Source of the DNA: Barthelona sp. PCE
Lineage: Eukaryota
DNA length: 64,000 nucleotides
Reading direction: 5' to 3'
NCBI GenBank assembly: GCA_040285745.1
Contig: JAUFOR010000001.1
Location: 558,001-622,000 of the forward strand
The position numbers and the translations under genes were made by a program. Below are positions 61,001 to 64,000 of this stretch, piece by piece. A model generated the notes under the pieces. That model was not told where the DNA came from. It worked only from the letters and a program-made list of their open reading frames with translations, and did no database searches. Each line of letters begins with the position of its first letter. Positions within the stretch are counted from its first letter, which is position 1.

Positions 61001-64000
61001 CTCGGTTGATGTGTATCTGACTACGTAGTCACCGGGATCAACGTTCGCGACACAGTCATGCAGTGTGGTGGAATCAACAACACGCGAGGTGCAGTAGATG
61101 TTGGTTCCGTTGAGTGTGACAGATACCTGATCAAGTGGGTAGTCTGAGTTCACTACGAAACGATCTCCAGAGACAACAAGCTCGTCTTGCAGGATAATAC
61201 CCACACTGAGAAGCTGCGGCTCAAGCGGGAGCTGCCCTGCACCGTAGTCAAACACTGCGGAGTAGGGATCAGCGACGCTGCCTTCGATCAGAAGTGATGA
61301 AACAACGGGAGTGGAAATCCAGTCAATGTTGCGCAGATCGAAGTCGAAGTCGACATTGACGAGCGTGAACCTCGCACGTGCTTCGCTGTTGCTTCCTGCT
61401 GTGAGGAGCCTGTCCTGCTCTACCCCGAATACAGTAACAGAGCCGCTTGGCTCCTCGCATTCATCAAGCTCAGTTGTTCCATCGCAGAGGAAGGGAGTGT
61501 ATGTGCGCGGTTCGTTGAGAACTGTGTTACATGTAACTCTATAAGAGGTGTATGTGCAGGTGATCTCAATACTGACGTCATCATCGACCAGCACGAGCAC
61601 AGGTTCCGCATAAGCATTGCTAACATCGAGTGTTAGCATTGTTGCAGTCTCTGATGCAGGGACAATGGCGGGAGCTACCGAGCCAACAACAGCGTACGCC
61701 ACAATTAGTGGGTTTGATGTCTGTCCACCAGTTCTAATTGACACTGCAGCAAAACCAGAGCATTCTCCAGTGGGGTCTCCCGGAATTGTGACGCTTAATA
61801 AGCTGTGGGATGCGGAGACTAGAGATGATGTGGTTGTTGAACCGTCGGGGAGGGAAATGGTTACTTCAACTGAACCTATACCGAAATTCATGCCCCGAAT
61901 TACGGCAACAGTGTCAGAGACACAACCGGCGAGCGGAGGTACTATACTCTTCAAAATAGGTGGGTCGAACGATACTCTCTGCGACAGGGATTCCGTATAT
62001 GTTCCAATAGTGAGCTCCAGCTGAAGATCAGCTCCAATTCCTTCTATACTACACAATATCTCGGTCTCAGAAGCGTCAGAAATGGTGCAATCGTACGAAC
62101 CAAAGCGCACTGATAGATGGCGCATCACCGCATTACCTCCCAGCCCGGAACCGCTCAATCGCAAGACCATGTTGTCTGTTGCAGCAGTTACGCGGTCAAC
62201 CGAGGAAACTGTAGGGTCAGGGACAAACTCCGAAGCAGTTTCTCCCAACACCGTAAGTTCTAGACCCGGAACCGCCTGCTCAAAGTAAATCTTGAACACT
62301 AGGTTATCGGTAGTGCTCACTATGAGGGAATCCTCGTCCAAAAGACCGTTGTGTGAGATGTCCAAACACTCAAAACGCAACTGTGAATCTACATCAATTT
62401 CCCTGCCTGAGACGGTCATTGAATGTTGGTGAGGCTGCATCACCACTGTTTGAACAAAAAGAACCAAATCCTCAAAGCGAAGCTCAACTACCTTTCCTAC
62501 TCCAGGACACCACATAATTTCAGCAAGAGGAACGGTTATGTTCCCATCAATAAGAGCTGATTCATATAATTGGTTATCTATATATAAGGGGTAGTGGAAA
62601 AAATCATCATACAGGAACTTTCCAGAAATGACAAGATCTTGATCTCCGAAATTTACGGATACATCAGTGGGAGGGTCTGTAGTGAGCATGATACTGACCG
62701 TAGATCCGACAAATGAGCTGTCCATTAGTAAATTAAATGTACTGTTTCCTATAAATTTGGAGTGTGAGCATCTTATAGAGTTATGAAGCAAAAACCAGCA
62801 ATCGATTTTGTACGCATATTCCATACGCTCAAGAGCTACAGGCATGAATCTTTCGTCAGAATTATGTAAAAACGGAAGTGTAACATCGATCTCTGATGAG
62901 TGGAGGTTTACCTTTATGCTTTTAAACGTACGTGTTAAAGAAGAAATTGAGATTGGGAACACTCCTTTTCTGGCTTCAATAGTGATGTTCTGAGCAAACA
63001 GCGAAGTGAATTTCACCTTCATCGACTCATGACTTATAAAATACGGATACACCCGAGTGCAACCAAACATATCGCATACATGATAGGATATTGCAGTGGA
63101 GTTCAAATCAAATCCGTTGCACTCAACACCTTCAATGATCTCACTACACTGTATCAACAGCCCAAACGGAGTAATGTCTTCAGGACTTATATTAAGATTC
63201 GCACTGGAAGGACCAGAGAATATGCTTCCTGGTTTAAGCATGTATAAAGCATAGAGAGATTTCTCTGATATTATTTTGGGGGATTTGAGATTGATAATCG
63301 TACCAAAAACATTTTCTGTGATGGTGATAGGCTGATCTGAACATGAAACAAAAATTGATGTGTGGTAGAATCCTTTAGCATGTTCTAAACATGCAATTAC
63401 CTGGCCTGCAGCGATTTCATTGGGAATATTAGCGATTTCATTGAAATATTGTACAATTTTGATATTTGAATTTAAAAAATCAAAACTTACATCAGGGCTC
63501 ATCCAACCAATAGCAGCATTTCTGACGTTCGTCAGTTTTACGCTTGAGTATGCGTATATTTCAAGCATATTCGTGTTAAAATCTGAAGTTACACAATGAT
63601 CACACAAAACAATCACATATACACTATCATCTGCATTGAAAATAAACTCTTCGTTTGAAAATACACTTATTTTGGTTGCATTTATGAGTTTAGGGAGAAT
63701 GGGCATCACATTATAAAAAGAAATATCACCACTTATCCAACTAGAAACAGTAAACGAACCACTGAAAATTTGCACATTTGCACAATTTATCTCCAGAGTG
63801 CTTAGGTTTGAATTCTTTGCAATGAAGTCCTTTATGTATCCTGTATCCATAACAATATCAGTTGAAGAAGACACACCACTGAGAGTTATGTGAGAACTGT
63901 TGACTAAACTACAATGCGAAACCAACATAACTGTGGGATTGTCAGTTGCAAAAAGCAACACGTTACTTGAATTAAAAGCATAAATGGCAAGTTTCGTAGT
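58077..64000 (-). CDS. Giant surface protein (5'-truncated by the window) with IPT/TIG-like repeats, Cys-rich GCC2/GCC3-like repeats and a multi-pass TM domain; one frameshift near 60375
   Basis: Frame open from 64000; PVITSISP, ITVAGHSF, IRGMNFG (IPT-like); CAPCGEGFYQ, GSVSVADCHC, CNSGRSGYLCHNC; ORFs 60272-63961 and 58077-60398 overlap in different frames. Confidence 0.75.

Noticed and set aside
1-64000. Non-standard genetic code (TAA/TAG = Gln) or prokaryotic origin
   Set aside because: TAA and TAG directly follow conserved C-termini (RPLP1, eIF1, Rab6), and the gene content and introns are eukaryotic.

Overview
Gene-dense nuclear DNA from a unicellular eukaryote, not a prokaryote. It carries proteasome, Rab, SNARE, MOB, GINS, LSm, IFT52 and tubulin-family genes, with spacers often under 50 bp. 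The standard genetic code is used: TAA and TAG follow conserved C-termini. I found only two spliceosomal introns (RPLP1, LSm4). Both end in a branch point fused at fixed spacing to the acceptor (nCTnAC-TTTT-AG). With a divergent Cpn10, IFT52 and bacterial-type enzymes, this suggests a metamonad-like anaerobic flagellate (inference only). Highlights: (1) an intact HAP2/GCS1 gamete fusogen; (2) an in-frame ADAL deaminase-TRP14 thioredoxin fusion; (3) a short, very divergent tubulin; (4) a ~6.9 kb cassette (40147-47053) bounded by 118-bp inverted repeats, with an inner pair of 72-bp direct repeats, a hairpin-rich non-coding block, a divergent XRN-family nuclease head-to-head with a lineage-specific gene, no transposase, and two tRNA genes just beyond its right end; (5) lateral-transfer candidates (GH32, AzoR, an unknown domain); (6) expanded lineage-specific families, two loci of which are frameshifted. 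All assignments come from motif recognition by eye; no searches were run.
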